Shown here: positions 36,870 to 50,821 of the stretch, one piece after another
How positions within the stretch are numbered: position 1 is the stretch's first letter
How the letters are laid out: every line of letters begins with the position of its first letter
NCBI GenBank assembly: GCA_002269645.1
Contig: NIVC01000650.1
Coordinates: 1-64,000 of the forward strand
Source: Macrostomum lignano
Lineage: Eukaryota
Direction of reading: 5' to 3'
Length of the DNA stretch: 64,000 bases
The notes under the pieces: model-generated
The model's input: only the letters and a program-made list of their open reading frames with translations
Told to the model about the DNA's origin: nothing
The model's database searches: none
Program-made: the position numbers and the translations under genes

Positions 36870-37716
36870 CAGGAACTTCTGCGATATAAACTTGCCATAG
36901 AAAGAAGGGGCTGGAAACTTGGGTTTAGTGAGTAAGAAATGTGGGGGGGGGCTGGCTGACTTCAATGTATATGTGCATTTGTTAGCTGAAAGGGCTTAGG
37001 TAGCGAGACCATCTTAGGCCATGGTGAGAAAAAGCACCGTTTTCGGATGCTCAGCACACTATGATTTCAGAGTTTGCTCATTTGCCACCATCAATGTTTT
37101 GCTAAGTAAACCTCCCACTATAAGAAAAATTGAACATCGGCTTGTTTCAGCTGAATTGCGCACAACTGCTGATGATAATCAAGAGCTTGAACTGTTTGGG
37201 AAGATGGATTCCATTTCTGCTGAGTTTTCAAGTTTTCTGTCAAGAGGCAATTGAGAAGTTCAGTGGCAGCAAGGGTTTATTCAATAAAAGAAACTAGGTC
37301 AAGTTGAGTTCAGTGTCAAGATCCACATCTGACTTTTATGCATCTGCCAGCAGCCATGGAGTCATTGTGGATGTACCACATCTAAAGACTCTTCAGAAAC
37401 AGTTGGGTTGCTTTATGACTGTTGCATCTCAGAGTGAAGCATATATTTGCACCACTTCCTCCCATTAGTAGGAATTGTCCTCTAGCATTTGATAAAATGC
37501 ACATTAAGCCATCTATTCTTAAGTTGTATTTCTTTGTTTGTTAATGCATCCAAAATTAGATTTATTGATATATTTTTGGATATTTTACTTGCTTTTAAGC
37601 TGATAAATATATGTGTGTTTGTCTAACCTTATCAGCCAGCCCCTATATTATTTACTCACTAAAGCCAAGTTTCTGGTCCTTCTTTCTATGGTAAACTTAT
37701 GTTGTAGAAGTCCCTA
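36870..37716. mobile_element. Old non-autonomous hAT-like element, about 850 bp
   Basis: Diverged TIRs of about 110 bp (CAGGAACTTC.../...GAAGTCCCT), flanked by AGTTTCAC / AGTTTCAT (8 bp, 1 mismatch). The interior may be a decayed transposase. Confidence 0.7.
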
Positions 37717-38984
37717 GTTTCATATTTCTATTGTCATTTTATGTGTTTTAAGTACCAAAGATTTTATAAATCATTTTTGGATTTGACAAAAAATAATTAT
37801 CAAGTTTTATTTTTAAAAATAACTTTAACAGTCTTACTCTGCTTTATAAAATAGTCTTTAAAAATAAATAAGGGGCCTATATTACTAGAAAGTTAAGTTG
37901 TTTTCTCTAAACAAGCATGACAAATCACATATAGACCAATAGTCTCAAAAGGCATATTGCAAAGTTCTAAGCAAAAATATAAATTACAGATAGATACTGC
38001 TTATTGTTGCAGTTTGTAAGCCTAGTTATAAAGTTTGATAAGAAATTCTCCTTTTAACTATTAATTACTAATACATAGGCTTATAGGCCTAATGAGGTTT
38101 AAGCTTTAAATTTATGCAAAATTCAAAATAAATATATCACAATAAGGGTTTATGCCCATATGAACAATTGAGTAGAATAAATTGATCAATTAGTTTGAAT
38201 GTCTAAGGATTTTCCTTATCATAATCATGACAAAAAGCCATATAACCTTAATTCTGATATTGATGATTATATTTATATTTTGGAATGCAAAAGCTAAACG
38301 ATAAAGGACCAATTGAACATTCCAAATTATTGACCATCTTAATTCTAAATACAAACTTAGCATTTTAGACATGTATATTAAGGATCAAAACCTTAGCCTT
38401 TATATTTAAATACTATATATAAGACAGTATATCATCTTTGTAAGGCATTCTAAGGTTGACTGGGCCTATTTATTTTATAAACATTTTAACATTTTTTCTT
38501 GCTTTCTATTCTTTATTACTTCTTGCTTATAATATTCTTGTATATATATTCTTACCTTATTGATTTGATATCAGACTATACAATTATTGATAATATTTCT
38601 AGTTTTACATTCATTTGATCAATTAAACCTTGATAACAGACCTTTCCTTTTGTAGGTTAAATTGCACTAGTTTTTTGAATTCAATATAGATTTCAGCTTT
38701 ATAATAAATTTTATATATGTTACATTATTATATCATTGACCTTGTTGGCTTCTTGACTAAAAAATAGGGCCTAAAATAGTAATAAAAAAATAATTTATAT
38801 ATCCTAAACTTAGCAAAAAAGTAGATTCAAAAAGAAAACTTTAAATGTCAAGTAAAAATAGGAAAAGCATCATATAATCATGTTAGATATAAAAGAAATG
38901 TCATATTTATTCTAAAAGATTCATTTAAGAATTGCTATAATGTTATAGCTAAAGCTTAGTTGGAATTATTATAATGTGATTGTT

Positions 38985-39475
38985 GGGGAGAATTACTAAA
39001 ATGTCAAGGCTTAGACCTACCAGGGAAGAATTATTGAATAAAATATCAAGACTTTAGGGTTAAGGTTAAAGTTTAGATTAGGCCAGGGTTAGGGGCCTAA
39101 TTTTAAGTTTAAGGTTATATATATTAGGGTTAGGGCCTAGAATGAATTGCTAATATTTAAGACTAACAAGGTATTTGTAGATATTTCAAGGGTTATAGAG
39201 AGCATTGCTAATGCTAAGATATTAAGGCTCAAAGGAAAGATTATTAATGTTAAGCCTATGATTTCAAGGCTTAGGAAGATTGCTAATAATATATTAAGGC
39301 TTTTGGGGAGGATTGCTCAAATGTTAAAGCTCATAATAAGGGCCTAGCTGAGATTATTATAAGGTAGAATTGCTGAATTGAAATCATTACAAAGAGAAGC
39401 TAAATATAGATTATAGTTAATTTAAAAATTTATATTTTATTTAGACTACACCTATTCTTTGTTGTTGGCTCCCTT
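38985..39475 (+). mobile_element. Highly decayed fragment of the Helitron A/B family
   Basis: Retains ATGTCAAGGCTT/GATTGCT subrepeats, a TTAGGGTT-like tract and an ATTCTTTGTTG(TT)GGCT motif, in the same order as 18750-19400. Confidence 0.45.
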
Positions 39476-39817
39476 TCTACCATTTGGAACTTGAAACCTT
39501 GGAGCACTGGCTCTGTGCATGCCTAGCCCTATACAGTTTGCGCACCCACCAGTTTGGCACCCTATGCCCCCTTTCCCTGCAGTCCTTAGCTATGATCTTG
39601 CTAAAGTGATTGCCCACTAGCAGCCGACCCTTGTTTATTATGGTGTGAGAGTCTAAAAAAGAAAGAAAGAAGTAGCAATAGCCAATCAAGAGACATCACT
39701 AAGAAGCAAAAGCTGCCTACTTAAGATCAGACCCAGATTTTCAGTCTAGTCAATTCAGCTGACATTGTTGACAAGCCTAAAGCTGCCAAAAAGAAGTTGA
39801 AAGCTAGTGCAACAGCT

Positions 39818-42109
39818 TTGGATCGTATAGCGGCGGAATGTATGCGCTAGTGCAGCGGAAGTTGGATCGTATAGGCCGGTATGTCTCACGTCCTGCATTG
39901 GGAAATGGATGGAACGGATCCTTGCCAACAGAATGCAATACCACCTGGAGAGTAAGGGCTGTCTCAGCGACAACCAAGCAGGATTCCGTGCAGGGAGATC
40001 CACGGAGGACCAACTGCTTAGGCTCTCCCAGGCGATGGAGGATGCCTTTCAGGAAGGGAAGTGCGGAGTGCTAGCCCTGGTGGACTTTGAGAGAGCATTC
40101 GATAAGGTATGGAGGCACGGGCTGCTGTGGAAGTCGCTGCAGAAAGGGCTGAGCAAGAAGTTGGTGAGATGGATAAGAAGCTGGCTGGCTAACCGACTTG
40201 CCGTTGTCCGCTACCAGGACAGGGACAGCACAGCGGTGTGCATGAAGCAGGGCCTGCCCCAAGGCTCCGTGCTGTCACCGGTCCTGTTTATCATTTTTAT
40301 AGACGACCTGCTGGAAATGATTGGCAATTTGGAAGGAGTTGAAGTGAGCGGGTTTGCTGACGACCTGGCGGCCTGGACGTGTGACAAGGATAGCGAAAGA
40401 GCGGCGGAGAGAATTAAGGGGGTGATGGAACTCGTTGATGAATGGAGCAAAAAATGGCTGCTGCCGGTGGCGCCCAGCAAATGCACCTTGACGCTGTTCA
40501 GCATCAGTGGGAGAAAGAAAGTTCCTAGGGAGGTGATGGTTTGCCTAAGAGGTATGCAGCTGCGATGGGAAGCGAACCCCAAATTCTTGGGCATTACCTA
40601 CGACAGTAGACTGAGCTTCACCAAGCACGTGCAGGAGATATGCAAGGCCGGCAAGGGACGCATTCAGATGATCAGAAAGCTGGCGGGCAGCGACTGGGGC
40701 TGGCATAGCAAACTCCTAAGGCAGACGTACACGGCGATGATTGAGGGAAAAATCCTGTACGGATCTACGGCCTGGATGCCGTGGCTCAGCGATAGGAGCT
40801 GGGCGAAGCTAGAAGTGCTACAGAGGAGAGCGACGAGAGTTATTGGAGGGCTGCTAGCGACGACGCCGATCGAAGGGGTGAGGGAGGAGAGCGGAACCGA
40901 GGAACTGCGCGGTAAGGCCAGTGGGAGGGCGGTGCAGAGGCTGGACAAGCTGCTCAGATGTAAAGAGGGATCGATCAGGAGGGGGCTTGCGGAAGAAAAG
41001 GGAGCTGGCAGGCTCAGCAGGAGGAGTTGGAGCAGATGGGCGTGGAAGCTGCTGAAGGAATGGCATCTGGAGGTGGCAAGGTTTGAGGAAGAGGACCTGG
41101 AGAGGCCAGGTGTGGAATGGAGAGGCGTTTCGATCATTGCGGAAGGCAGACGAACGGACGTTGAGGAGGAATGTAAAGCGATGGGTATGGAACGCATCAA
41201 GGAAGCTAGCGAAGGGGCGGATGCAGTTATCTTCACGGATGGATCGGTTAACAGCAAGGGAGCCGGAGGCGGCGGTATGGTGGTGCTGAGTGGCAACTTG
41301 GAGCAGACGTTAGCATCCAAAAAGATCGCAGGAGGAAGAGTCGCGTCGTCGACACAAGCGGAGCTGTATGCAATCTGGGAAGCGACTAGATGGCTTGCTG
41401 CTGAGCAAGACAACTGCAGTAAAGCGGTGGTGTGCACAGACAGTAAGAGCGGCCTCCAAACCATCAACAGGCAGGGAAAGAATCCGCTGGCCAGGCTTAT
41501 TAGGTCGGAGCTCGGTAAGCTGGACCAGAATGAAAAGCGGGTGACTTTGCTCTGGATCCCCAGCCACTGCGGGATCAGAGGGAATGAGGAGGCAGATAAG
41601 GTGGCGGGAGAGGCGGTTAACGAGTTGAGGCAAGACGAAGTGAAGGTGCTAGGCAGCACGGTCGCGAAGAGGGCGAGGCGGATCGGGAGACAGATTTGTG
41701 AGTGGAGGCATGAGAGAATGAGGAGGGTGTATGCAAGCACGAAAGGCAGGAAGAGAGACCCGGGGTTCAACTGCAGAGAGGATGAGGTGAGCTACAGAAG
41801 AATGCGCACGGGACACTCGATTGAGCTGGCTGCCTACAGGAGAAGAATTGGACTGCAAGAGGAAGGACGGTGCAGGGGTTGCGGCATGGAAGATGAGACG
41901 ATGGAGCACATCTGGGACTGCCCGGCGACGGATGGCAGAAGGAGGATGTGGTGCTGTGAAGGCATGCAGGCGGTTTGCGAGCAACCGGAGGAAGCCCGGA
42001 GTTACTGGGAATGGTGGAGAAGCCTCCCGCAGTGGGGAGCCAGTGTTGAGGACGAAAATTGACAGGACGGGGTAGCAGTGTAGTTGGCATCAACAACAAC
42101 AACAACAAC
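39818..42109 (+). mobile_element. 5'-truncated non-LTR retrotransposon (I/Nimb/Ingi-like) with intact RT, RNase H and Cys knuckle; ORF 39831-42062
   Basis: SYRPVCLTSCIGKWMER, QAGFR, PQGSVLSP, FADD, KFLG, FTDGS, WIPSHCGIRGNEEAD and CRGC..ETMEHIWDC. (CAA)n tail. Perfect 12-bp TSD AGTGCAACAGCT at 39806-39817 and 42110-42121. Confidence 0.95.
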
Positions 42110-42229
42110 AGTGCAACAGCTAGTGGTGGCCAGCTCTCATTTTTTATGACGCTCTAACAAGCAAGTCTATTTGTGTCAAATGTGGTCGGCAATATATTCA
42201 TGCTTAGGCATAACCTAGGGATTTGCCTA

Positions 42230-42340
42230 GCCATTTCTATTGGTAACACACACATGCAAATTGCTATTAGACAGAATAGTGTCACGTGACTGCTCTTAGC
42301 CAATAGCAACTTACATGTATATGTTACCAATAGAAATGGC
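42230..42340. repeat. Palindromic element: 19-bp perfect arms centred on GTCACGTGAC
   Basis: GCCATTTCTATTGGTAACA (42230-42248) pairs with TGTTACCAATAGAAATGGC (42322-42340); a weaker inner pair is also present. Confidence 0.8.
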
Positions 42341-42799
42341 CAAGTGATTCCCAAGGTTACGCATGTATGAATATGTTCATATTCAATTTTTTGAAAAAAC
42401 CCATGACTAGAGAGTGACTACCAATCTATTATATTAAGCAGTTTGCAACAGATTGTGCTAATGATGCTGGGTGTCATTCAGCGGCACTACAAGATGCAAT
42501 CAAAGATGCATTTGATTGTCTAAAACATACCAACTTAGAGCAGCTTCAGCAATGCATTCTATAATATTTTTTGTTAAGACTTTGCCTAATTGCAATAGAG
42601 TCATTGCAAGTTATTTTGGCTTTAATTATAATTTTTGGTTAACAATTTTTTAGGTTATTATAATAAACTTATCTTCGATAGAAAGAAAGCTTTTCTGCTG
42701 AGCCATTTGAGTCCTTATATTGCTTCTGCAAGTGACATCATTTCAGCAGTCACTAAGTCCTAATTAAGTGGCATAAAAGTGACAAATTGAGCAAGTCTA

Positions 42800-43350
42800 C
42801 AAAAATGACAGTTGCTAGCAACAGCAAAATGATGCAGGGACTTGAGTGGCTCTGCAAAAGTGATGGTTTGCTTGTGGTAGCAAAAATGATGGCAGGGACT
42901 TAAGTGGCTTTGCAAAAATGACAGTTGCTTATGGAGCAAAAATGATGGCAGAGACTTGAGTGGCTTTGCAAAAATGATGGTTGCTTATGGTAGCAAAAAT
43001 GATGGCAGGGACTTAAGTGGCTCTGCAAAAATGACAGTTGCTTGTAGTAGCAAAAATGTCGGAAGGGACTTGAATGGCTCTACAAAAATGATGGTTGCTT
43101 GTGGTAGCAAAAATGATGGAAGGGACTTGAATGGCTCTGCAAAAATGATGGTTTGCTTGTGGTAGCAAAAATGATGACAGGGACTTGAGTGGCTCTGCAA
43201 AAATGATGATTGCTTATAGTAGCAAAAATGATGGCAAGGACTTGAGTGGCTCTGCAAAAATGATGGTTGCTTGTAGTAGCAAAATTGATGGCAAGGACTT
43301 GAGTGGCTCTGCAAAAATGATGGTTGCTTGTGGTAGCAAAATTGATGGCA
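42800..43350. repeat. About 60-bp minisatellite made of two CAAAAATGATGG half-units
   Basis: About 9 units; one orphan related copy near 45070-45120. Confidence 0.9.
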
Positions 43351-43725
43351 TGTTTCTACGCTTGTAGAAAAAAAGCTTTCTTTTTATTGATCAATAAGAT
43401 TCAGAACTACCATCTGCAAAAATGGGCTTGCAAAGAGAATGTGCAAGTAGAGTAGAGAAGATTATATTGATTGATCTGTCCCTATTAGCTTTGGCATTTT
43501 GGCAGTTTTTAGGACCATTTGCATGCTTTATAGCATTTGTTCTACCTAATTTTCAAATTATGTCATTACTTCTCATAGCTATTTTCTACCTATTTTTAAA
43601 GCATGTCATTTCAACTTCATATAGCTATTTTCTACTTATCTAAAAAGTGTATCATTTAAACTTCACATAGCTATTTTTATACATTATTATATTTATACAT
43701 ATATATTTATACATTAAGCAATTTA

Positions 43726-44787
43726 TGTTGTGGCCTGCACCACAATGACCTTCTCCTCAACCTTTTTTTGGTGCATGCAAACCACCCAGTCTGCCACCCT
43801 GACCCTAGCCAGTTCTATCTGGTTTGAGCTGGTTCAGCCCAGTGTTAGTTTTGGGCAGCTGGCATGTGTGCGGATTGGCTAGCTGGGCCGGCAGACCCTC
43901 TCTTTTCTACCCCCCCCTTGTGGAGCCTTACCCAGTGCATGTTTTGATTAGCTGGGCTAGGGTGGGGTGCTTGCAGGGTTCTGTTTTGTGTGTATTTGCG
44001 CTTAGGCTGGTTTGGCCCACTCCCCCATTTTTTCTGCATACTATTTATTAGCTGGCTTGGAGCCAGCCGGTGGCACGCGCTTGGTTTTTGGTTAGGGCTA
44101 CACCAGCTACTAAGTAGTGAAACTACTGTAAAAGTACAAAAAACTGCACAAGCCCAGTGAATTCTTGAACAGTGCATCATCAGCCAATCCGTGCCACCCG
44201 CCGTCTTTGAGCTGCCAGTCCAGTTATCACGGCTAAATAAACTGCGCTATACGAGTTGGTTCAACCCCGCCCAGTGAGCTAAAATTATGTTGTTCAGGTT
44301 GCGTTTACATTTTTTTGGAGACTCTACACATGACTCCCCTCCATCTTTGATGCCTTATCGCTTCACTTACTTACCTCCTTGCTCACCTGTACTCTTCAAT
44401 TGGCTCGGAGTGTCTATATGCCCCAGCTAATCTATCACATCATCTCTTGATTGGTCTAAAGTGTCTGTATGCCCCGGCCAATCCTTCACATTCACCTCAC
44501 TTTTTTATTCACCTCGGTGACTCCCAGGCTAGCTCTGAGTGGCTATCTGCTCCGCTGACTGCAGTAGTACCCCGAGCCTTCCGTGACTGAGGAGTGTCTG
44601 TGCACCCCCCCCCCCAAGTTGCATCTCTCCCTCTTTCTCTCGGAGTGGCCATCTGCCTCAAAGAGTGCCAGTCATTTGCCTTCTGTCCATCCCTCTGCCG
44701 CACACCTAGGGCAGTCCCACACCGAACCCGCTACCTGGGGAAAACAAACAACTGGGCTAGACAAGATTACAGCCCGCAAGTACAACA
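43726..44787. mobile_element. Probable solo LTR (Ty3/Gypsy-like), 1062 bp
   Basis: Termini TGTTGT ... ACAACA and a 4-bp TSD TTTA (43722-43725, 44788-44791). GC/CpG-richer than its flanks, with internal AATAAA (44236) and CCAAT boxes. It interrupts a degenerate AT-rich tandem repeat. Confidence 0.72.
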
Positions 44788-45707
44788 TTTATACATATTT
44801 TTATACATTTATATAGTGCATCACTTCAACTTACTATAGCTATCTTCTATCTATTTATAAAGTGCATCATTTTACCTTTATATATCTATTTCTTCTAACA
44901 ATTTTTAAATATGTCAATTCAACTTTTTATGACTAGGCCCCTATCATTTTTGACTTTTAGTTCTATTTAAATATAATTTCATATCATTTGCATTTTACAA
45001 TTCTGATTAATTTTTTTTAACTACTTGATTTCACTTCTATCACTTTCTAGTTGCTTGCGATAGGGCCTAGCCAAAATGATGGCAAGGGCTAAAGTGATTC
45101 TAAAAAACGATGGTTGCAGTTGGAATATATGTGACAATGGCAATTTGAATAGGTTAAAAATATAATAGTCATTTTTTATGAAATGTCATGGGTCAATTTT
45201 TTTTAATCTCATTGAAATGCATATCTGTCATATTTTGCTAAATGTGCAACATTTTTTATATCTATCAATCTATCATAAAAGCCCCAATAAGGCTATAAAT
45301 TGCTACAAAAAAGTAAATGACTAATAATAATAATAAGGCAGTTGTTATTTGTCCGGTGACCGGACGAATAGCCTTTTTGCTATTTGTCCGGTTAAATTGC
45401 TAACACAAGTATCTTATTTGTTTCGTGATGAATATTCTAGATTTTTAAGACCTATTCTCATATACTGATTAATATTTTCTTGTATACTAGACTGTTAAGC
45501 AAAGCAGTATATTATTCAATTCGGCATAATTTGGTATATAAGACACACACTAGTATAACAATATAATAATCAAGATACGAGTAAGAAGTCTTTGAATATA
45601 TTTACCCTTGTGGTTTTTATGAACTAGATATTTTAGCATTATCAATTTAACCGGACAAATAACAAAATGTCTATTTGTCCGGTATTAACCGGATGAATAG
45701 GAAAGCA

Positions 45708-48700
45708 CTAGCAATCTACGCCCCCGTTGGGGAGCCAAAGAAATGCAATACACGTTTTTTTAATAAGCTACATGTATCCTTGAAATCTTAAAAAATCTCC
45801 TGTCAAACCTTGTAAGCCTTGACATGTCAGTTACCCCCCCCCCCACAAGCTTTAACATATTATCAACTTCCCCCTTGACATCTCAGCAATGCCCAATAAG
45901 CCTTGGAAATCTAAAAATATCTGTCAACCTTCTAACCCTAACCCTAACCCTAGCCTAACCTTCCCAAATGAATCTCTTAACTTCGACATGAAGCTTCTTT
46001 TATTTTTTACATTACGCTTTTTCTATCAGCGATCCCTCCCCTGAGGAGGCATCAAATAATGTAATAAAAAGTTTTCAATAAACTACATGTAGCTTCTGAC
46101 TTTAGCCTTGAAATCTCATTTATACCCCCGTGAGCCTTGACATCTCAGCTATTCCCCCCGTAAGCCTTAACATGTTAGCGATAGCCCCCATAAACCTAGA
46201 AATCTAAAAAATCCCCTGTTAACCTTGAAACCCGATAAAATCTAACCCTCAACCCAAACCTGACGTAAACCTAACTTTAACCCAACCTAAAGCATTGAAA
46301 TCTCAGCAATTCTTCTCCCCTAAGCCTTGACATTTTAGTGATTCTTTCTTTAAGAATCACAGCACTATAACGATTTCCACCAAGCTTTGACATTGTAGCA
46401 ATTCCCAAATGAATCTTTTAACTTCGACATGACTTTTCTTTTATGTATACATAGTGGTACTTTTATTTTTTACATGACTTTTCTTCTATCGGCGCCCCCC
46501 CCCCGTGACGAGCCAACAAAGAATGCAATAAAAAAATTGAGTAAAGTACATGAACTTTGAAGTAGCTTCTGACTTTTGCTTTGACATCTCAGAACCCCCC
46601 CCCCGTAATCTCAGTTATTCTCTGAGAGCCTTGACGTCTCAGTTTTTCTCCCCAGCACAGCATTATAGTTGCACTTAATTTTTACATGAACCCTTCATGT
46701 CTGACATGACGTTTCTTTTATTCTACCGTGACGCTTATTAATTTTTTAAATGACACTTTCATTAGTTTTTAAATGAGGCTTCTATGATTGTTTACATGAC
46801 GCTTCTATGATTGTTTACATGACGCTTCTATGATTTTTTCATGACGCTTCTATGATTGTTTACATGACGCTTCTATGATTGTTTACATGACGCTTCTATG
46901 ATTTTTTACATGACGCTTCTACGATTTTTTACATGACGCTTCTACGATTTTTTACATGACGCTTCTATGATTGTTTACATGACGCTTCTATGATTTTTTA
47001 AATGACGCTTCTATGATTGTTTACATGACGCTTCTATGATTTTTATATGACGCTTTTATGATTTTTTAATTGACGCTTCTATGATTGTTTACATGACGCT
47101 TCTATGATTGTTTACATGACGCTTCTATGATTGTTTACATGATGCTTCTACGATTTTTTACATGACGCTTCTATGATTGTTTACATGACGCTTCTATGAT
47201 TGTTTACATGGCGCTTCTATGATTGTTTACATGACGCTTCTACGATTTTTTACATGACGCTTCTACGATTTTTTACATGACGCTTCTATGATTGTTTACA
47301 TGACGCTTCTATGATTGTTTACATGGCGCTTCTATGATTGTTTACATGACGCTTCTACGATTTTTATATGACGCTTCTATGATTGCTTACATGACGCTTC
47401 TATGATTTTTTACATGACGCTTCTATGATTGTTTACATGACGCTTTTATGATTGTTTACATGACGCTTCTATGTTTTTATATGACGCTTCTACGATTTTT
47501 TACATGACGCTTCTATGATTGTTTACATGACGCTTCTATGATTGTTTACATGACGCTTCTACGATTTTTTACATGACGCTTCTATGATTGTTTACATGAT
47601 GCTTCTATGATTGTTTACATGACGCTTCTACGATTTTTTACATGACGCTTCTATGATTGTTTACATGACGCTTCTATGATTGTTTACATGGCGCTTCTAT
47701 GATTGTTTATATGACGCTTCTACGATTTTTTACATGACACTTCTATGATTTTTTACATGGCGCTTCTATGATTGTTTACATGACGCTTCTACGATTTTTT
47801 AAATGATGCTTCTATGATTTTTAACATGACCTTTCTATGATTTTTACATGACGCTTCTACGATTTTTTACATGACGCTTCTATGATTGTTTACATGACGC
47901 TTCTATGATTGTTTACATGACGCTTCTATGATTTTTTACATGGCGCTTCTATGATTGTTTACATGACGCTTCTACGATTTTTTAAATGATGCTTCTATGA
48001 TTTTTAACATGACCCTTCTATGATTTTTACATGACGCTTCTACGATTTTTTACATGACGCTTCTATGATTGTTTACATGACGCTTCTATGATTTTTATAT
48101 GACGCTTCTACGATTTTTTACATGACGCTTCTATGATTGTTTACATGACGCTTCTATGATTGTTTACATGACGCTTCTACGAGTGTTTACATGACGTTTC
48201 TATGATTGTTTACATGACGCTTCTATGATTTTTTACATGACGCTTCTATGATTGTTTACATGACGCTTCTATGATTGTTTACATGACGCTTCTATGATTG
48301 TTTACATGACGCTTCTACGATTTTTTACATGACGCTTCTATGATTGTTTACATGACGCTTCAATGATTGTTTACATGACGCTTCAATGATTGTTTACATG
48401 ACGCTTTTATGATTGTTTACATGACGCTTCAATGATTGTTTACATGACGCTTCAATGATTGTTTACATGACGCTTCTATGATTGTTTACATGACGCTTCT
48501 ATGATTGTTTACATGACACTTCTATGATTGTTTACATGACGCTTCTATGATTTTTTAAATGACGCTTCTATGATTGTTTACATGACGCTTCTATGATTTT
48601 TTAAATGACGCTTCTATGATTGTTTACATGACGCTTCTACGATTTTTATATGACGCTTTTATGATTTTTTAATTGACGCTTCTATGATTGTTTACATGAC

Positions 48701-50377
48701 GCTTCTATGATTGTTTACATGATGCTTCTATGATTTTTTACATGACGCTTCTATGATTGTTTACATGACGCTTCTACGATTTTTTACATGACGCTTCTAT
48801 GATTGTTTACATGACGCTTCTATGATTGTTTACATGGCGCTTCTATGATTGTTTATATGACGCTTCTACGATTTTTTACATGACGCTTCTATGATTGCTT
48901 ACATGACGCTTCTATGATTTTTTACATGACGCTTCTATGATTGTTTACATGACGCTTCTATGATTGTTTACATGACGCTTCTATGTATATGACGCTTCTA
49001 CGATTTTTTACATGACGCTTCTATGATTGTTTACATGACGCTTCTATGATTTTTATATGACGCTTCTACGATTTTTTACATGACGCTTCTATGATTGTTT
49101 ACATGACGCTTCTACGATTTTTTACATGACGCTTCTATGATTGTTTACATGACGCTTTTATGATTTTTTACATGGCGCTTCTATGATTGTTTACATGACG
49201 CTTCTACAATTTTTTAAATGATGCTTCTATGATTTTTAACATGACCCTTCTATGATTTTTACATGACGCTTCTACGATTTTTTACATGACGCTTCTATGA
49301 TTGTTTACATGACGCTTCTACGATTTTTTACATGACGCTTCTATGATTGTTTACATGACGCTTCTATGATTTTTTACATGGCGCTTCTATGATTGTTTAC
49401 ATGACGCTTCTACGATTTTTTAAATGATGCTTCTATGATTTTTAACATGACCCTTCTATGATTTTTACATGACGCTTCTACGATTTTTTACATGACGCTT
49501 CTATGATTGTTTACATGACGCTTCTATGATTTTTATATGACGCTTCTACGATTTTTTACATGACGCTTCTATGATTGTTTACATGACGCTTCTATGATTG
49601 TTTACATGACGCTTCTACGAGTGTTTATATGACGCTTCTATGATTGTTTACATGACGCTTCTATGATTTTTTAAATGACGCATCTATGATTTTTATATGA
49701 CGCTTCTATGATTTTGTAAATGACGCATCTATCATTTTTATATGACACTTCTATGATTTTTACATGACGCTTCTTTTAGTTTTCCTGATGTTGAAAAGCT
49801 TTAATTAAAAAAATTATACTCTATGAAAATTCGAACCAATTCGAACCAAACTGCATTTAGCATTTCAGTTTGTTCACCTCTAGGCTAGCTCTCATCGTTT
49901 TGATAACATGAAATTTTTCACTTATATAATTCAACACTTTAAAATCCAAGCATAGAGTAAATCACACGAAGCAGTTATGACATAATCAGTTTCTCAGTCA
50001 GTCAGTATCAGTTAACAATATGGTTACGCAATTTAAATCAAGTCTGGTGCTACGCTTCCACACTGCATTTTCAATTCAAGTCGGAGTTACAATTCAGTTA
50101 TGATGCAATCTATTTCAGAATCAGAATTCAACCAGTCAGATTTTTTTCTAGCATTCTTACAATGCATTTCAAGTCGAAAAGTTTGCTTGACCTTTGCAAA
50201 AAAGCATGTTTTTCGAATATTTAATGCCTTTAGCATCGAGCTATTTCTTAGCCACGATGCATGTACCGTCACGGGAAAATTTCTGATCGAACAGTGCAAG
50301 TCTCATGAAAATCGGTTAAGCCATTTTTTCTCTAATCGATTACAAGCAAGCAAGATTTTCATTTTTAGTATATTGGA
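45708..50377 (-). mobile_element. Non-autonomous Helitron, copy B (4.7 kb)
   Basis: Minus strand starts TCCAATATACTAAAAATG and ends CCCCAACGGGGG hairpin ... GATTGCTAG|T. Colinear with copy A, but lacks the 48-bp array and has a roughly 3-fold longer 23-bp array. Confidence 0.78.
46780..49775. repeat. 21-23-bp satellite (TGTTTACATGACGCTTCTATGAT)n, about 130 units
   Basis: Reverse complement of 17652-18560. Confidence 0.98.
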
Positions 50378-50821
50378 ATGGTCAGGATCCAGTAACCGGA
50401 CAAATAACCACATCGCTATTTGTCCGGTCACTGGACAAATAACAATCTGCCTAATAATAAAGAAAAGAATATGCTAAACATCTAGGATTTTAAGGCCTAG
50501 GCTAAGGCCGTACAATTAGGCATAGAACTACAAAATATAAACAAACATTTTTAGGCCTATTAGCTTTTTATTATTATATTATAGGCCTATATATTATATT
50601 GTCTAAATTTGCAAATCTGCAACAAATTTATATGCAAACAAAACCACTTGGACTAGGCCTAGGCATTTATATGCTAATAACATATTAACAATGTAAGTGC
50701 CATAAATCAATTTTTTATACCCACCAACTAGGCCCACAGGGGGATGCAGCCCCATATCCCTCCTTGTCTATGCCACTAGGCCTAGTTATTAAAGTGTATA
50801 GCATTGGGTTGGCCTATTTTA

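Larger units (their letters stand above)
45337..50451. mobile_element. 445-bp MITE (PIF/Harbinger- or Zator-like, TAA TSD) split by Helitron copy B
   Basis: TIRs of about 40 bp, GGCAG(A)TTGTTATTTGTCC.GTGACCGGAC, flanked by TAA(TAA) on both sides. Host pieces are 45337-45707 and 50378-50451. Confidence 0.8.

Noticed and set aside
40664-41770. 368-aa minus-strand ORF
   Set aside because: Antisense shadow of the purine-rich LINE ORF; Ser/Leu/Pro-biased with no domain.
44509-44703. GC-rich ORF with donor sites as a first exon of the unknown gene
   Set aside because: It lies within the probable solo LTR, and its phase does not fit the candidate acceptor.
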